Source of the DNA: the human T2T-CHM13v2.0 reference genome, Homo sapiens
Reading direction: 5' to 3' (one strand)
NCBI RefSeq assembly: GCF_009914755.1
Contig: NC_060934.1
Length of the DNA stretch: 64,000 bases
This document shows positions 26,189 to 42,117 of this stretch, in pieces; within the stretch, counting starts at the first letter, position 1, and every line of letters starts with the position of its first letter. The position numbers and the translations under genes are program-made. A model generated the notes under the pieces. The model saw only the letters and a list, made by a program, of their open reading frames with translations. It ran no database searches and had not been told where the DNA came from.

Positions 26189-26991
26189 AACATAAAAATG
26201 AAAACTGAAAAATGCATTACCATAAGACCTGAATTATAACAAAGGCTAAATGTTACTTTTCAGGCTGAAAGGATCTAATACCAGATGGAAACTTGGCTAT
26301 GTGGGAAGGAAAAAAGACCACTGGAAGTGGTAAATAATTAGATAAATATATGACAGTTTTTTCCTCATATTCTGAAAAGACATCTGACTTTTTTAAGGAA
26401 AAATTATAACACTAATTTGATGCTCACAGTATATTTATAAATAAAGTCTATAACAAAAATAGTACAAATGATGTGGGGTTGGGTAAATATAATTACATTA
26501 TTTTGCAGTGTGAAATGGGAATTGAGAAGAAGAAAATGAAAACTATCAGGTTCAAAGTCTGAAGAGGTACAATATCAATTTCAAAATAAGCATTGGTGTA
26601 TCAAGCTTGTATATTTTTAACCCAAAAGTATTCAATAAAGATAATAATATCATAACTAAAAATAGGGGCTATTAAATGGTTCATTAAATAAAAAAGGCAG
26701 AAAAGAGCTAAAACAAAAACAAAAACACTGGACAATTACAAAATAAATAGCAAAGTAGTAAACTTCAATAGAACCATATCAATGTAATGTTAATGTACTA
26801 ACTAAAGATTCGAATTAAAATGCAGAGATTGGTAGGCTAAGTTGAAAAGCAGGTTTCAACTATATGCTATACATTAGAAACATATTTTCAATATAAATAA
26901 ACAAAACAAAGTTGAAATATGAAGAACAAAAAAAGCCATACCTGGCCAAAAGCAAACATAAGGAAGCAAGTATGGCTATATTACAATCTAA

Positions 26992-27419
<428 letters not shown>

Positions 27420-27913
27420 TGACATAATTTTAAAATATATATACAATTAATAACAAAGCAGCAAAATTCACAAAGCTGGAAATCAATAGAAACATAAACC
27501 AATGCATCATTATAGTTGGAGATTTTAACATTACTTCTCTTAGGAGTGTTGCCATACTTGATATAACTAGTAGGGTAAAAAAATGTTGATAAAGGTATAA
27601 AAATAAATTTGAATAATACTATAAACCAGCTTGACCCACCTGAGAGATTTACAGAACACTATACTCAACAACTGTAGAAAATACATTATTTACAAATGCA
27701 CATGAAATGTTCACAATTTCATTTGACAAAGCAATAAGCCTCAGTGATTTTTAAAAGATAGAAATCTTTTATGTTCTCTGATCACACAAGAATTAGTAAT
27801 TTATAACAATACAATATCTAGAAAAATCCATAAATATCTGTAAATTAAACAACCCACTTCAAAATGACCCTGGTGAAGAAGTGGCAAGAGAAAGCAGAAA
27901 ATAACTATAGTCA

Positions 27914-28245
<332 letters not shown>

Positions 28246-29651
28246 TTAATTGTATATTTTAAAATAACTTAGAGTGTAATTGGATTATTTGTAACTCAAA
28301 TGATAAGTGCTTCCAGGGATGGATTTAAAAAATGAAAGAAAACATTTTAAATTGAATAGTAATGAAAATATATCAAAAGGTCAAAATCAACTTGATTTAG
28401 GTCATCTGTGAAAAATTTACAGCTAACATCTACAAAAATGGTAAAATATTGAATGTCTTCTCTTTAAGCTTAGAAATAAGGCAAGGATGTTCACTTCTAT
28501 TCAACATTGTACTAGAGATCCTAGCCAGTTGAATAGTCAAGGAAAAAATGCAAAAGAGTAGAAAGAAAGAAAATTGCCTTTTTGGCATACAATATAAATG
28601 TCTATTTAGAAAATCCTAAAGAATCTTATAAAATAGTATGTGAATGAATGAGTGAATGTAGTAAAGTCACAGGATTCAAGGTCAAAATATGAAAATCAAC
28701 TTCATTTCTACATATATTGACAAAAAATACTTATTTAAAAATTAATGATACCATAAAACCCAATTATGTACAAAAACTCCACATTCAAAAACTGCAAAAC
28801 ATTGCTGAGAGAAATTAAAGAAGATTTAAATAATGAAGAATTATATCATATTCATGCATTGGATGATACAATACTGTTAAGTGTCAGTTCTTCACAAATT
28901 GATGTATAGATTCAACAAAATCACATTCATAATTCTATCAGTCTCTTTAAAAAAAAATCGACAAGCTGATTCTAAAAATTATTTGGCAACATAAAACAGA
29001 TCTAGAGTAGCCAAAATGATTTTGAGAAAAAAAGAGTTGGAGTTCCTACATTTCCTGATTTCAAGACTGTGTACTGTAGATACACATCTACAGAAACCAA
29101 GGCAGTGTGATTCTGGTAAATATACACATTTAGATAAGTGGAACATAACGGAGATTCCAGAAATATACCACATATGGTCCATTGATTTTCAACAAAGGCA
29201 CTAACATAATTCTATATAGAAATAAAAATGTTATCCTCCTATCAGGGGAAAAATAAATTTTAACCACTCCCTCACACTTTATAAAGAGATAATTCAAAAT
29301 AGAACATGAGTGCAAATATAAAAAACTAAACAACAAAGTAGATAAAGTTCAAAAAAATGATGAATCAAGAAAGATACAGGAGAGTGCATATATTACTTTA
29401 TATAAAGTGAATAAAAGGCAAAATAACAGGCAAAACAGTGGTGATGTAACTCAGAACAGGAGTTTCCTGTGGGAGTGGACATGACTGGAGAGGAACCCCA
29501 AAGAACTTTCTGAAGTAATGGTAATGTTTTATATCCTAATTGTGGTGGTGGTTACATAGATTTACATAATTGTCAAAGCTCATTGAATTGCATATTTCAA
29601 ATGTGGGCTTTTTAGTGCCTGTAAATTATACCTCAATAAAGTTGATTTTTA

Positions 29652-29965
<314 letters not shown>

Positions 29966-31759
29966 AAAGTTCCCTATTGAAGAGAGTATATCTTCCTTCC
30001 ACATTTTTTTGAGGCTTCTAAGTCCGTCCTGCATTGACACCAGAATTTATAAGAGCAATGAGCTTAATTCTGTGTGTGGTAGTTTCCTGACACACTGTCA
30101 ATGACTATTTAATAAGACAGCTAGAGAGAGAGAGAGATTTCCTTTTATAATGGCTTCTTTTAGTATTATTTTCTTTTATAACGTTAGAAAAACAGAACAT
30201 GATAAAGAAACCAGTGGCATTGGGTTTATTTGCTATAAATTATTGATAAGCATTTACATTGTTAAGCTGTGAAATGGAGTTCAATATTTTTTATTAGATG
30301 TTTTCCATAGCTCCTTTTTGGTGGAAGGATAAAGGAGAGAGAATTATGGTTTAGAAAGCCCAATAAAAATGTAATCATAGTGTATAGTTGCCCCATGGTA
30401 ATAATATGTCCACAACAATATAACAGCTGGCCATTCTAAGCTGAGTTGAGATCCTGAGAAGCTGTGGAAGCAAAATGCATTCCAATTCGTGAAGTGATGT
30501 GTGACAGTGAGAAGGCAGGTTGGGGGCTGCTTGAGGGAATTATTGATTCCTGATAATACCAATATCACCCCCTTTCTTCACTGACTTTAACTTTACCACT
30601 TACATATTGTTTACACATGATTAAAATTAGGCTGGATATGGGATCATGGTGGCTGGAATTGTACTGTGTTCAGTGGCTGGCTGTTTGCACCTGAATGTCA
30701 ATTCAATTCCCACTAAGGCTTAGGGAGAAGTGGATTTAGTCACATCTAAATGCACTCATCATCTTGGGTGCAGACAATGGCAAATGACAGTAACAAATAA
30801 CCAATAAAAGTTCAGTTCAAAAGGTTTCTATTAGCAGAAGAATTGGGAGGAAAAGCATGGGTTGCTTTTTGTTTATTTGAACTGTGCCCAGGTCTCTAAG
30901 TACAAGGTAACACAGAGTTCCATAATTGTAAATGACTGATGGTGGCTGAATCTTCAAAAACCGCATATTCAGGTTGGCTTCGGTAAGGGGGAAGGTCAAG
31001 TGATTATCTTGGAAATTATTTGGCTCATCTCAAACTCTGAAGCCTGAAAAGCAGGCCTGGATTGCTTTAGGAGAGTGGCTTGCAGCTGAGATTTTTCTGG
31101 CAAGCAGAAATGTAGTTTTAACTAAACTGTTCAGATGAAGGAAGATGGAAGCTTTCAGAGTTTGAGATGAATAATTCTTCAAAGGCACATGCTTGCCCCT
31201 CAGTGAGGCATAAACAGTTTCATAACTGTTTCTTGGTTAATTTTGAGTGGGATCAGGGTTGGATATGTGGGCATGGGAAATGGGGTGGGGATGTGACCTG
31301 GGCTTTGTCTTGGAGCTCATTTCTCTGCAGTAATGTTTTTTGGATTAGATTCCTAGGAATATATTATGATTCTCAGAATACATGTGTTCTGAAAGAAAGG
31401 ATATCATGGTGAATAAATATGAGAAATGCAACATATGCTTCTCCCTTTTGGCATCTCATAAAATAAATTGGCACCACAACCCTCTTTCAGAAATCCTGCT
31501 GTAAAGAAATCTGTTCCCTTACCTCTTGCCACTACCCTTGAAGGCCTTGATATCTGCGATGATCTTTCATTTAACTCCCGGACTTCTTATTTACTTGACC
31601 TCCTCATAACCAGTGATATTTTCTCTACCCCACCTCCTTTTCCCATGTTCAAACTTTTGAACTCTTGATGTCAAGCATGTCACTATCTGACCACCACCTG
31701 TGACTTTTCCAGCTCACCTACTTCATAATATGTGCTCCAAAAATTATAAATGAGGCTGT

Positions 31760-32000
31760 GTCATGAGGGGGTAAATGCGGGCTTCGGCCCTGGACTACTA
31801 CGCTTCAAATCCCAGCATTAAACAGCTATGGGACTGTGCACAAGCTCCTTAACTTCTGTGCCTTCAGTTCATTTCCCTTTAAGAGGCAAATAATAGCAAT
31901 AATGAGAACTATCTCTCAGGGTTGCTATAACAATTTGATAAGTTAATGCATATAAAATGTTCCAAACAGTGCCAAGCACATGGCATTTGCTCAGTGAATG
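31760..32000 (+). mobile_element. MIR SINE
   Basis: ttcaaatcccagc...agctatgggactgtgcacaagctccttaacttctgtgccttcagtt...tctcagggttgct...acagtgccaagcaca. Confidence 0.75.
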
Positions 32001-32151
32001 TGGAGGCCTCATCGAGCTCTCCAACCCCTTGAGTTAACTTCTCATTCTCCATTACCTCCCTCCTTCATGTCCTTACTTTCTTCCATGGCTGGCGTAAATT
32101 TCATCATATGTTCCTTCCAGGCATCATAGCTCCCACATTCTATTATTCCAT

Positions 32152-32170
32152 ACACACACACACACACACA
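32152..32170. repeat. (CA)n microsatellite
   Basis: About 9 CA units. Confidence 0.9.
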
Positions 32171-32797
32171 TGTATAGCAAAGCTCCAACTAATTAAAGAC
32201 AATTACTGATTTCTTCATGCCTTCACCTGAGCAAATGGATGCTGCTGGGGAGAACCACCAAGAGTCCTGTCTTCTCAATTGCAATTCCTCAGCCAGCATC
32301 ACTAATGGAGCCTTAATATCACCTGGAAATCCAATGACACGTTCCCACTTTTCAACTAATGGTCTATTTCACACATCATTCTTCCTCTTCCCATTTTCCA
32401 TGCCACTGTGGACTATTCTTCAGCTGATGATCTTTCCTCGTGGGTCATTGAGAAAGCATAATTGACCTGGAGGAACTGCATGATTTTATCCACTACCAAA
32501 TCCACCTCTGTGGGTTCGGATTACCTGCCTCTGTGCTCATCTCTCTTTACTGTTCCCAAAGATCAGAGGCCAGCATGTGCACTTGGGCTTCATCAGGTCC
32601 CCTCTGGGTCCCCTAGGAACCTGGAGACATACCTGTTTTCCCTCTTTCCTGTATGATCAATTTCTCCCTCTCTCAGATCATCGTCATCATGGAAATGATC
32701 GTGTGTTTCTTCTTTAACAACAATTTAAAAGCTTTTTTTGACTTACATTCCCCTCTAGCTGCTGTCCTATTTCTCTGCTCCCCTTCACTGTACACCT

Positions 32798-33285
32798 GTT
32801 TTGTAACTTTCATAATGAAAAAATTTCAAACACACACAAAAATAACATTGTACAATGATCCCCCATATACTCATCATAGAGACCATGTTAACTTTAGGTT
32901 GTATTTTCTTCATTACTTTTTCAGTTTTTGCTGTAGCATTTTAAACCAAATATCAGATGTAATAACATTTTACTTCTATTTCAGTTTCTTTCTTAAAAAT
33001 AAGTGCATTTTCTTGCATAATCATAACATCACATCTAATACAATTAATAAACATTTCTTATTATCTTCTAATATCCAGCTTAGCTTCACATTTACTAAAT
33101 TATCCTCAAAATGTCTTTTTATTTTGGTAGTTGAACAACAAGCCAAATAAGGTTCATACATTGCATTTCATCGCATCTCTTAAACCTCTTTTAACCTAGA
33201 ACATACTTTGTTTCTATGCCATGGACTTGTTAAAGATATACTTTAGTTGTTTGCTTGTAAAATGCCCCACACAGTGTAATTCCTA
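32798..33285 (-). mobile_element. L1MC4/5-like 3' fragment
   Basis: ataatgaaaaaatttcaaacacacacaaaa...tacaatgatcccccatatac...atctaatacaattaataaacatttc...atacattgcattt. Confidence 0.75.
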
Positions 33286-33289
33286 GCAG

Positions 33290-34620
33290 AGCTCCACTCC
33301 CTCATCTGCTCTTCTCCCTTGGCTGGGTTTCCTGCTCCCACACCCCATAAGGAAAACTCTGCCATTTCTGCATTAACACAGCCAATGGGCATGTCTATTT
33401 TCTTGCTTTACTTCATCTCTCAGCCATCATTTGACAAGTCATGCTGCTGCTTCTTGAAACCCTCTCTTCTCTTGATTTCTGAGATCCATTCTCTCCTATA
33501 TTTCCTCCCACCTCAAAGGTAGCTCCCTTTGTAGTCCTTTTCTGCCCTTTCTTACCATGACTCACCCTTACATAGTGGCCTGCCTGAGGGCTTCATCCTA
33601 GGCCTTCCCTTTTCTCTCTGGCCTCTCTGCTGAGCTCATCTCATCCAGGCCCATGACTTTAAATACCACCTATCCATAGTTAACTCACAAATGTAGGTCT
33701 CTAGCCCAGATTTCTTCCAAAATTCACAAGTAAAATTTCCAATCTCTTACCTGAATTTCTGTTTAAATATAGAATGGGCATATCAATTTTAACTTATCAA
33801 AAGCAAACACAGGCTGGGCATGGTGGCCATGCCTGTAATCCCAACACTTTGGGAGGCCGAGGCGGGCAGATCACCTGAGCTCACAAGTTGGAGACCAGCC
33901 TGGACAACATGGCGAAAACCCATCTCTACAAAAATATAATAATTAGCTGGGTGTGATGGTGCAAGCCTGTAGTTCCAGCTACTTGGGAGGCTGAGGTGGG
34001 AGAATTGCTTGAACCCAGTGGGGCAGAGGTTGCAGTGAGCCAAGATCATGCCACTGCACTCTGGCGTGGTCAACAGAGCAAGTCTCTGTCTCAAAAAAAA
34101 AAAAAAAAAAAAAAAGCAAACACAACACATTACGATGTCCTCTCATAACATTCTCCTTTTACCCAAATATTTTAAATTTTATAAATGGTACCACAAAACA
34201 CCTAGTTTCTTAAGCCAAAAAATGTATAAATCATTTTTGTTTCCTCTTTTCTCCCCCAACTTTCACTTTCAATTTTTTAGCAAAATTCATTGACTCTATC
34301 TCCAAGACATACCCCAACCCTATACCCTATCTTTCACATCTCCACAGACACCACCCCAGCCCAAGGCACCATCATCCATCTCTAGGCTTCTGTAGCCCTA
34401 GCTCGTCTTCCTGGTTCTACATTCGCCCCTGCTCACTTCATTTTCCCCACAGCAGCCAGGGTGATCATTTTGAGAATGTAAATGAGAACATGTTACTTCC
34501 CTGCTTAAAACACCCTATGACTCCTCCACCAAGCCCATCATAAATCCATATTTCTTCCTCTGACCACCTCTGTGTCCTGGTGTCCTATCCTTCTCCTTGA
34601 ATTTCTCCCTAGTCACAGTG
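33290..34620 (+). mobile_element. L2 remnant split by an Alu
   Basis: Pyrimidine-rich ctcatctcatccaggcccatgactttaaataccacctat...ccccacagcagccagggtgatcattttgagaatgtaaat...ccctgcttaaaac. Confidence 0.8.
33812..34115 (+). mobile_element. Alu (AluJb/Sx-like), full length
   Basis: ggctgggcatggtggc...gatcacctgagctcacaagttggagaccagcc; A23 tail; TSD aaaagcaaacaca. Confidence 0.94.
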
Positions 34621-34844
34621 AGCAGGAACCAGAATGTTACAGATGAAGAACATTAGCCTCGCTGGCAAGGCTGATGAGAACCTTATAAGCCCATTACAAC
34701 ACCTCAGACAAGCCATTTCTGACATACACTCCTTAAACCGACAGACATGCCCATCCAGGCAGAGGTGCAGATGGTGACCTTCAGGCCTTCCCAGCAGCAT
34801 CAGTTTGTTTCTGCATTGCTATCCTCTCTTAAAAATGTTACCTT

Positions 34845-35312
<468 letters not shown>

Positions 35313-35779
35313 CTAGGAGGAAAGGCTTCACATTACTTTTGAAGGCCTCTCTATATGCAGTATGTAGCACGGTACCTGATAAATATTTGCTGAATGAATA
35401 AATGCATAAATGTAGTCCTGGGTGACTCAATTAGTATCTTTGCTCTGATTGGGAATCTTGCTTGCACTTGTGCATTCAGTAGAAGGAGATAAAGAAGACA
35501 AAGGGATGCTATGTGTGCATGACATAGGAGGGTCAGTGAAGATCACTTTGGAGGAAAATTTGAGAAAAACAACCCCTGCTCCTCTGCTTTCCCTAAGAAC
35601 AAAATAAGGTGTTCCACAAGTGACTGGGATGATCTCTAATTCCTAATGGTCATAAATGGCTAAATGCCAAGGGTTTGTTTTTTCTTTTGTTGTTGTTTAA
35701 ATAGAACTCAGGTGCACACAATAAGATTAATTAGAATCTGTGACCCACGACACACTTTCATCATTGGCTAATGTCTGGC

Positions 35780-36200
35780 CTACTTTTTTATTATTTAGTT
35801 GATTTAAAAAATTTTAACGAACATGCACGAGTCTACCACCAAACATAAAAGCGAGGATCTTTCAATAACCTACATCTAACCATATGGTATTTCCCAGCAG
35901 CACATCTGCTTCCTTCAATCCAAATTTTGTGCACATCATTCTTTTCCCTTCCTTTTTATATTGTTCTATTAAATATTTATGTATGCCTAAACACATATCT
36001 TTTATTTAGAATGTTTTTAAGTTTAAAGAATGTCATGCTGTACATAATCTTTTGAGAGTTATTTTTTGTTGATATATTCCTATGATTCATTCAGACCGCT
36101 GCATGCTGTAACTCAATTATTTTCACTTCTGTATAATATATTTCATTGTGTGACTATAGGCCATTTATTCAGGCACTCTCCCATGGATGAGCATTTGGGC
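35780..36200 (-). mobile_element. Old L1ME fragment
   Basis: T-rich; atgattcattca...ttttcacttctgtataatatatttcattgtgtgactata...catttattc...atggatgagcatttggg. Confidence 0.65.
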
Positions 36201-38289
36201 CAATAATATTACCCTCACACAGCTACAATTTTGAGGTCGTCATTGACCTCTGGAATTCGGCTAAGCCAATGTCTTTTGTGTGTTTATGTAGTGAGAAATG
36301 TACTAGGAATATGGGAGATGTCAAGATGAATCAGATATGTGTCTGTCCTTGGCAGTTTCGCTGTTTAGAGACAGTGACACAGATACAACCATAACCACAG
36401 AGGGCAGAATTTGCTAAATGCTGCAAATGTGCTACGCAGTGGGGTAGAACAGGGGAGGATAGGAGAGATTCCACCTAAATTTCTAAGAGGTGTGAATGTT
36501 GGATTATGATGTAGGCATGTTACTTTGATAGCCTTTGAGTATTCAAAAATTGGAGGAGCGTTGAAGACAGAAAATATTTCGAGTGGGGAGAATATGAGAA
36601 GTTCAAAGGTAGGAGAAGATACAGAGAATTTGGAAGATAGCGATGTCTGGAAGTGGATGAAGCCTGAGTTACCTGACAGGGAAGGGGCTCATTTTTTGAA
36701 AAGTTCGAAAAGGAGGAAGGGAGGCAGAATCCTGGCCCTAGAAGCTTTGTAGGCTGGGAGGAGAGATTAAGCATTTATTCCATCTGCACTCGAAAGTCAC
36801 TGGAGAAGACAGTGTCAACAATTTTGGTGGCTCTGAGGGTGAGTGGGTGGGTTTCGATGGTCTTGGGTCTTCTTTCGGATAATTTGCAGGCACACTGAGA
36901 AGGGTGTATCTACTACTCTGGGAGATCCTACAGACACCCTTTTGCTTTCAGTTTCTTCACCCAACATCTTCCTTGATATTCTCTACAGAATTTGTGGGCC
37001 TGTCTCTTGCAGTTAAGAGGTCGGAGACACTGTCTCTGAAGACAATCTTTGAAGATGGAGACACCGATTTTTGAATGTTCTATGTTGGGTCTAACACAAG
37101 GTTTTTGCTCTAAAAATATTGCCTGTCTTAGCACTTTTCTTATGATTTTTTTCTTTCTAAAAAGAAGTGCTAAGGCGGAAGGAGAACTTTCTTTTTTGTT
37201 TATTTTAAAGATTTCTCTTCAGGAAGATGACTTCAACATGCATGCCACATTTTGATGAACAAGGAAAAATAATGAGTATGAGGACAATAATAAGTAATAA
37301 TAAATAATAAAAATAATAAGAGGTTTAACCTCTTATTGCTCGCTTGACAAACAAATACATGCACACTTACATTGGACTACCCATTGGGGTCAGAACAGGA
37401 GATGCTGCCAAATTGTTTTATTTCAGAGACATTCGTTTATCATGAGAGGAGAAAGATGTAATCCCTTTTCTCTAAGTGACTCTTTACACAAATCATTTGG
37501 AATCATTTTGAAACAAACTATATCCCATTTGTTCTATTATGTAGTTCTATTATGCTCTCCACTTTCAGAAGAAATCCCTTCTTGGTTTTTAACTGCAAAA
37601 GTCCTCAGATTAAACCTCTATTAACAACCGGGAAGCCAACTCCCATGACTAAGCCTGCATAGTGGAAACTCTTTGCCCTAATTATATAGATTTGAACTCT
37701 AATGTGTTTGCTTCTGCTTTGGGATATGAACATGTGTCTTTCCGAAGAGTGGAATAGGAGGAGAAGAAATACTCAAAGGCTCAAATAAGCGACTGAACCA
37801 GGAACACTGTACGGAAATCAGGTCATTAAGTCACAGTGACACCACAGTGACCCAGAAGCAGCAATTTGTAAATTAATACTTAGAGCTGAGCTGAGCTGGG
37901 CTAAAAGCTATGGTGTGAGTTGACCTGAAGAAGAGAAATCAAGCAGTGTTCAGGGCTCCAGAAAGAGGAAGACTCCACAGAGCTCCAAACCCTCCTGTGG
38001 GCAGGCACAGGGCCTGCCACATTTCTCCAAGGCCTTTGCTCGATATCGGCTGGTTCCTTTGGCTTAAATCATGGGAGCATTTCACGGTAAAAGGCTATGC
38101 AATGTCCAAAAGAATGAGAAGAGCGAAGGGCCTACCAGTTAAAAGCACAGGATTCAAAGACACCTATGTCTGAGTTTGCTGTTGACTGTGAATGACCCTG
38201 GGCATTTTGTATAAGCTCTCCATACCCCAGTCTCTTCTTTTCCAAGAGAGGGATAAGCAGTCTATCTCATATTTCTTAATGCTTATCAA

Positions 38290-38440
38290 GTGACAATTTA
38301 TTTATTATTATTCTCTCCCCTGTAAATATAAGTTCCAGAAAGATGGGGACCTGGGGGTATTTTATGCACTGCTTCATTGTCAGGGCCCAGGACAACTGAA
38401 TGCTGAATATAGTTATTTTGAATGAATAACTGAATGTATC
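38290..38440 (+). mobile_element. L2 3' end
   Basis: aatataagttccagaaagatggggacct...cactgcttc...tgctgaatatagttattttgaatgaata. Confidence 0.65.
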
Positions 38441-39714
38441 AATAGATTTGCTCTATGAATTCAATGAGCCCACTTTTGATACAGTGTCTAGTAAATTGTC
38501 TGGCACATCCTAATTTGATAAGTGATGGCCTAACCTTTTCCCTCTACTTATCTCTCTCCATTTCTAGAAAGGGGCACAGATCCCTGGTTAAATACTAGAG
38601 GAGAAGATCTCTGTTTGCACTGTTTAATGATGACTGTGATTTCTCTGATGCAAAGTAAGGGCAGGGACCCAGCATTTTCTGGCACCATCCAGGAAGATGT
38701 ATTATCCCATTTCTCTTGAATCTCATTCACTCCCAGCCTGGAAATCTTTTTCTTAGCCACACACCCTGCTCAATCCTGCCTCTCACTTTTCTTACTCTGG
38801 GCTCTGCCAACAGTGGCTTGTCTTCTCTCTCCCCTTCTGAGTCCTAACCTTTGGCAGGGTCCATCTCAAGCACCTGCTCCTCTGTGGGTTCCTCCCTTCC
38901 CCCTCCTCCCTCAGTCAGCTTCTCCTGAGTATTAGTTCTTTTGGACACAAGTTCACATAGAATATGCACTGTATGGGCCTTTCAGAGCAGAATGACACAG
39001 GCCATGAGTACAGAGGCTTGATCTACTTCAAATAGAGACTCCTCCATTGGCCAACACTTGTTGAATTCCTATCTAACACTCAGCTCAGTGTGAGATGCTG
39101 GAATGGAGAGTAACAAGGTGTTAGGGGCAACTTTAAGAAGACCAAGATCAGGTGGAGATCTGCTGCTCTGGGATTTGGCCTAAAAGAAGAGAGGAACTCC
39201 AAATACTAGAGGCTTACCCCTGAATTACCTGAATCTGTGTGCATCTTTCTTTCTCTGTAGTGACAGTTTGAGTGATGCACTAGTTCAGATAGGTTGTCAA
39301 ATTTATTCCTATACATGCCAAGGAGCTTCTGCCACTTGGTGTGCTGAGAGGGCTTTGCAGGATGACGGGAAATCAGAGTACTTATTTACTTTGAGGACTC
39401 CATGGATTTTCTAATGCAGTCATAAGAGTCCACTTTTCTTTTCAAAGCAGTATATTTTTTAATTGGAAAGATTACATAAAACCCCAATATATAGACAAAA
39501 ACATGAGCTGTTCTAGATAGTGTATACTGCAGGAGAGGCCAGAGGTCTCAGACTCCTACCTTTTGGCCTTCCTTTTTACTACAGATTTTTGCCTTTTCAT
39601 GGAACTCAGAGGTCATAATTTATAGTGTAGAATCCAAAGCAAAGAAAAACAAAACAAAAGGCTGCAAGAGCCAGGTGAGATGGTTACTAAGTGACCTCAG
39701 GTTGGCTGAACTCT

Positions 39715-39900
39715 TTTATGCCCAGCCCTGTATACACCTTATTTTATCCAGTCTTCCCACTCACCCTTTGAGGTAGGCTATGACAGCCCCATTTCACAGA
39801 TAAAGGAACTGAACAAAAAGGAGACTCAGGATTTTATTCATTACTACCCTGCCTTTAATGCCAAGATTCAAACCCAGATCTTTCTGAGTTCAAAGCTAGA
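39715..39900 (-). mobile_element. MIR SINE
   Basis: ccctttgaggtagg...ccccatttcacagataaaggaactga...gattcaaacccagatctttctgagttcaaagc. Confidence 0.8.
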
Positions 39901-41914
39901 GTTTGGATCCCCATCTTAATTCCAACTCCCAAACTCTATTCCTCCTGGAATGGGCAGTGGTAAAACTACTCTCAAGAGCATAGAGGCATAGGATGTTTTT
40001 AAGATCAAAATTTTTCCTCTTGGTCGTGTTTGTCCCCCAGTAGGCCTTATCCGCACCAACTCTGAAGGCCAATGTCTTTGGTAAAGAGCAAGTCTGAGCC
40101 ACACATACAGGGTATAAGTAAGACATGGGAGAACAAAATAGAGTAAGACAAAGGCTCTAGGACTTGCCCAAGTTTACCAAATCAGCACCAAAAAAGACAT
40201 TAGACTTCCAACCCCAAAACTTTATTCCTAAGTCCTATGTCCCCAGAACAAAAGCAAATATTTTGCCCAAACCAGAGCCTGGTGGCTTATACATGCCCCA
40301 GAGATGGAGCCCTTGAGAAGCCCTGGAAAACAGCCTCCCATTAGAGATGGTCATCTGCAGACAATGCAGGAGGGGACTCAGAGCCCAACTCTGTACTGTT
40401 TCTTCTCTCCAGACGCCCAGGTCTGCCAAGTGTGGAAGCTGCTCTCTAATGGGAGCCCTCAGAAATGGTACAAATTGAGGCCTCCAGTAATGCAATCACT
40501 TCTAATCAGTGTTTAATGAGGATACAAGCAGCCTCAGCTTACCCCTGTTTCAAAGAGGCAACTACACATAAACCTCAATTACTCAGACATTTAAAAATCA
40601 ATTTCAAATAAAATGTCCAGGTGATGGAACTAAAGGGATTAGAAGGATCTGGATGTGTGCACAGGCCTGGCATGCCTTGTCAATGCAATTGAGGTAGGCA
40701 GCTCCTGTAATGTAATAAAGCTGGCCGGCTTTGTGCCCCCAGGGGTAGAAGGGGAACAGGTCTAATTTTCCATTTCCCCACAGAAACAGAGGAAGATTCC
40801 AATGACAGAAGGAAGAGGACATCTCTATACTTCTGCCCATTCAAGCTGTGTTCGGAATGTTGTCTTCATCTCATTTTATAGTTGTAAAGAGGAAAAGTAG
40901 CCTCAGGCTATACAACTCAAGGTCTCTGCCCCAACCTGGCCTCAACCTGTACCACCAAATCAGACACCTTTTTTATATGTGATCATGATTTTTTTTTGCC
41001 AGTCATATCTACTTATCATTCCCATCAACATGCTGGTAATTTAGGTCAATAAACTTTTATTGACTATGTACCATGTGTCAGGTGCTTTTCTGGGCAAGCA
41101 GGGGCACAAAGGTAAGGAGGTTATAGTCTCTACCTCAATTTACACAGTAGAGGAAGGATGAGGCCAACTCTCCACCTGATCTGGAAGTATGGTCCTGCAA
41201 AACCAAGTCACTTGTCTCTTTAGTCAAGTGCAATGTGCAACCAGAGAAACACTAATACGTAGGATAGTAGCATCAGTAATAATCATCATAGCTAGCATTT
41301 AATGGACAAGTATTAAGTGCTAAGTATGGGCTAAATACTTCAATGGCATTTTTTTTTTAACCACCAAAACCACCCTATGAGTTGGGTATTGCTATTATCT
41401 CCATTTCCCCACGTTGTAGGTTAACGAAACTTATAGGGTTGTCATGTTAATTAAGGAGGTGCATACTGTAGTGGGCACCAATGGGGTTGGCTACCAGTGC
41501 CACTCTCCCCAAACCGAGAGTTGCCACCCTCTCCATTCATGTTGCATTCAGTGGTATTCCCTGGAGTTGTGAAAGCACAGCTTTCAAAAATTTAAAACCA
41601 TGACTCATACAAAATAGAATGAATACAAATAAAAATATTCAACTATTAATTAATGAAGGAAGCAGAAGGGTGGTAAAGCTGCTTCCAGGAAAAATTAGAG
41701 GAAGAAAATGTATATAGTTGGTCAAAGGGATATTAAAATAAATTTGTTAATTTAAAAAAAAAAGGGTTAATGTCTTACAGGGCAGTCAAGCTGTAGCTTT
41801 CTGGTTATCTTTTATCCCTTATAGAAACTGACCAGAAGATCTATAACTTCAGAACAGATGGGGTTTAATCAGATAGGAAATAGCCAATTCAAACACAAGC
41901 ACATTCTCCTAGGT

Positions 41915-42117
41915 CAGGGGTCAGCAAACTCTTTATAGAGCCGGGTAGGAATACTTTCGGTTTTGCAGGTCACAGGATCTCTGCTGAAACTACTCAATTC
42001 TAACATTGTAACATGAAAATAACCTTAGATAATACATAAACAAATGGATATGGCTGTGTTCAAATAAAACTTTACTTACAAAACATATGGCTGCCAGTCA
42101 CAGTTTGTCGACTCCTG
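41915..42117 (-). mobile_element. MER58A with intact TIRs and 8-bp TSD
   Basis: TIRs caggggtcagcaaact / agtttgtcgactcctg; hAT-type TSD tcctaggt (41907-41914) / tcctagat (42118-42125). Confidence 0.93.

Noticed and set aside
32653-33150. 165-aa hydrophobic ORF, the longest in the window
   Set aside because: Lies mostly on the T-rich antisense of an L1MC fragment; the F/L/I richness is compositional.
37832-37850. Two tandem CACAGTG heptamers resembling V(D)J recombination signals
   Set aside because: No ACAAAAACC-like nonamer at 12 or 23 bp, and no Ig/TCR segments nearby.
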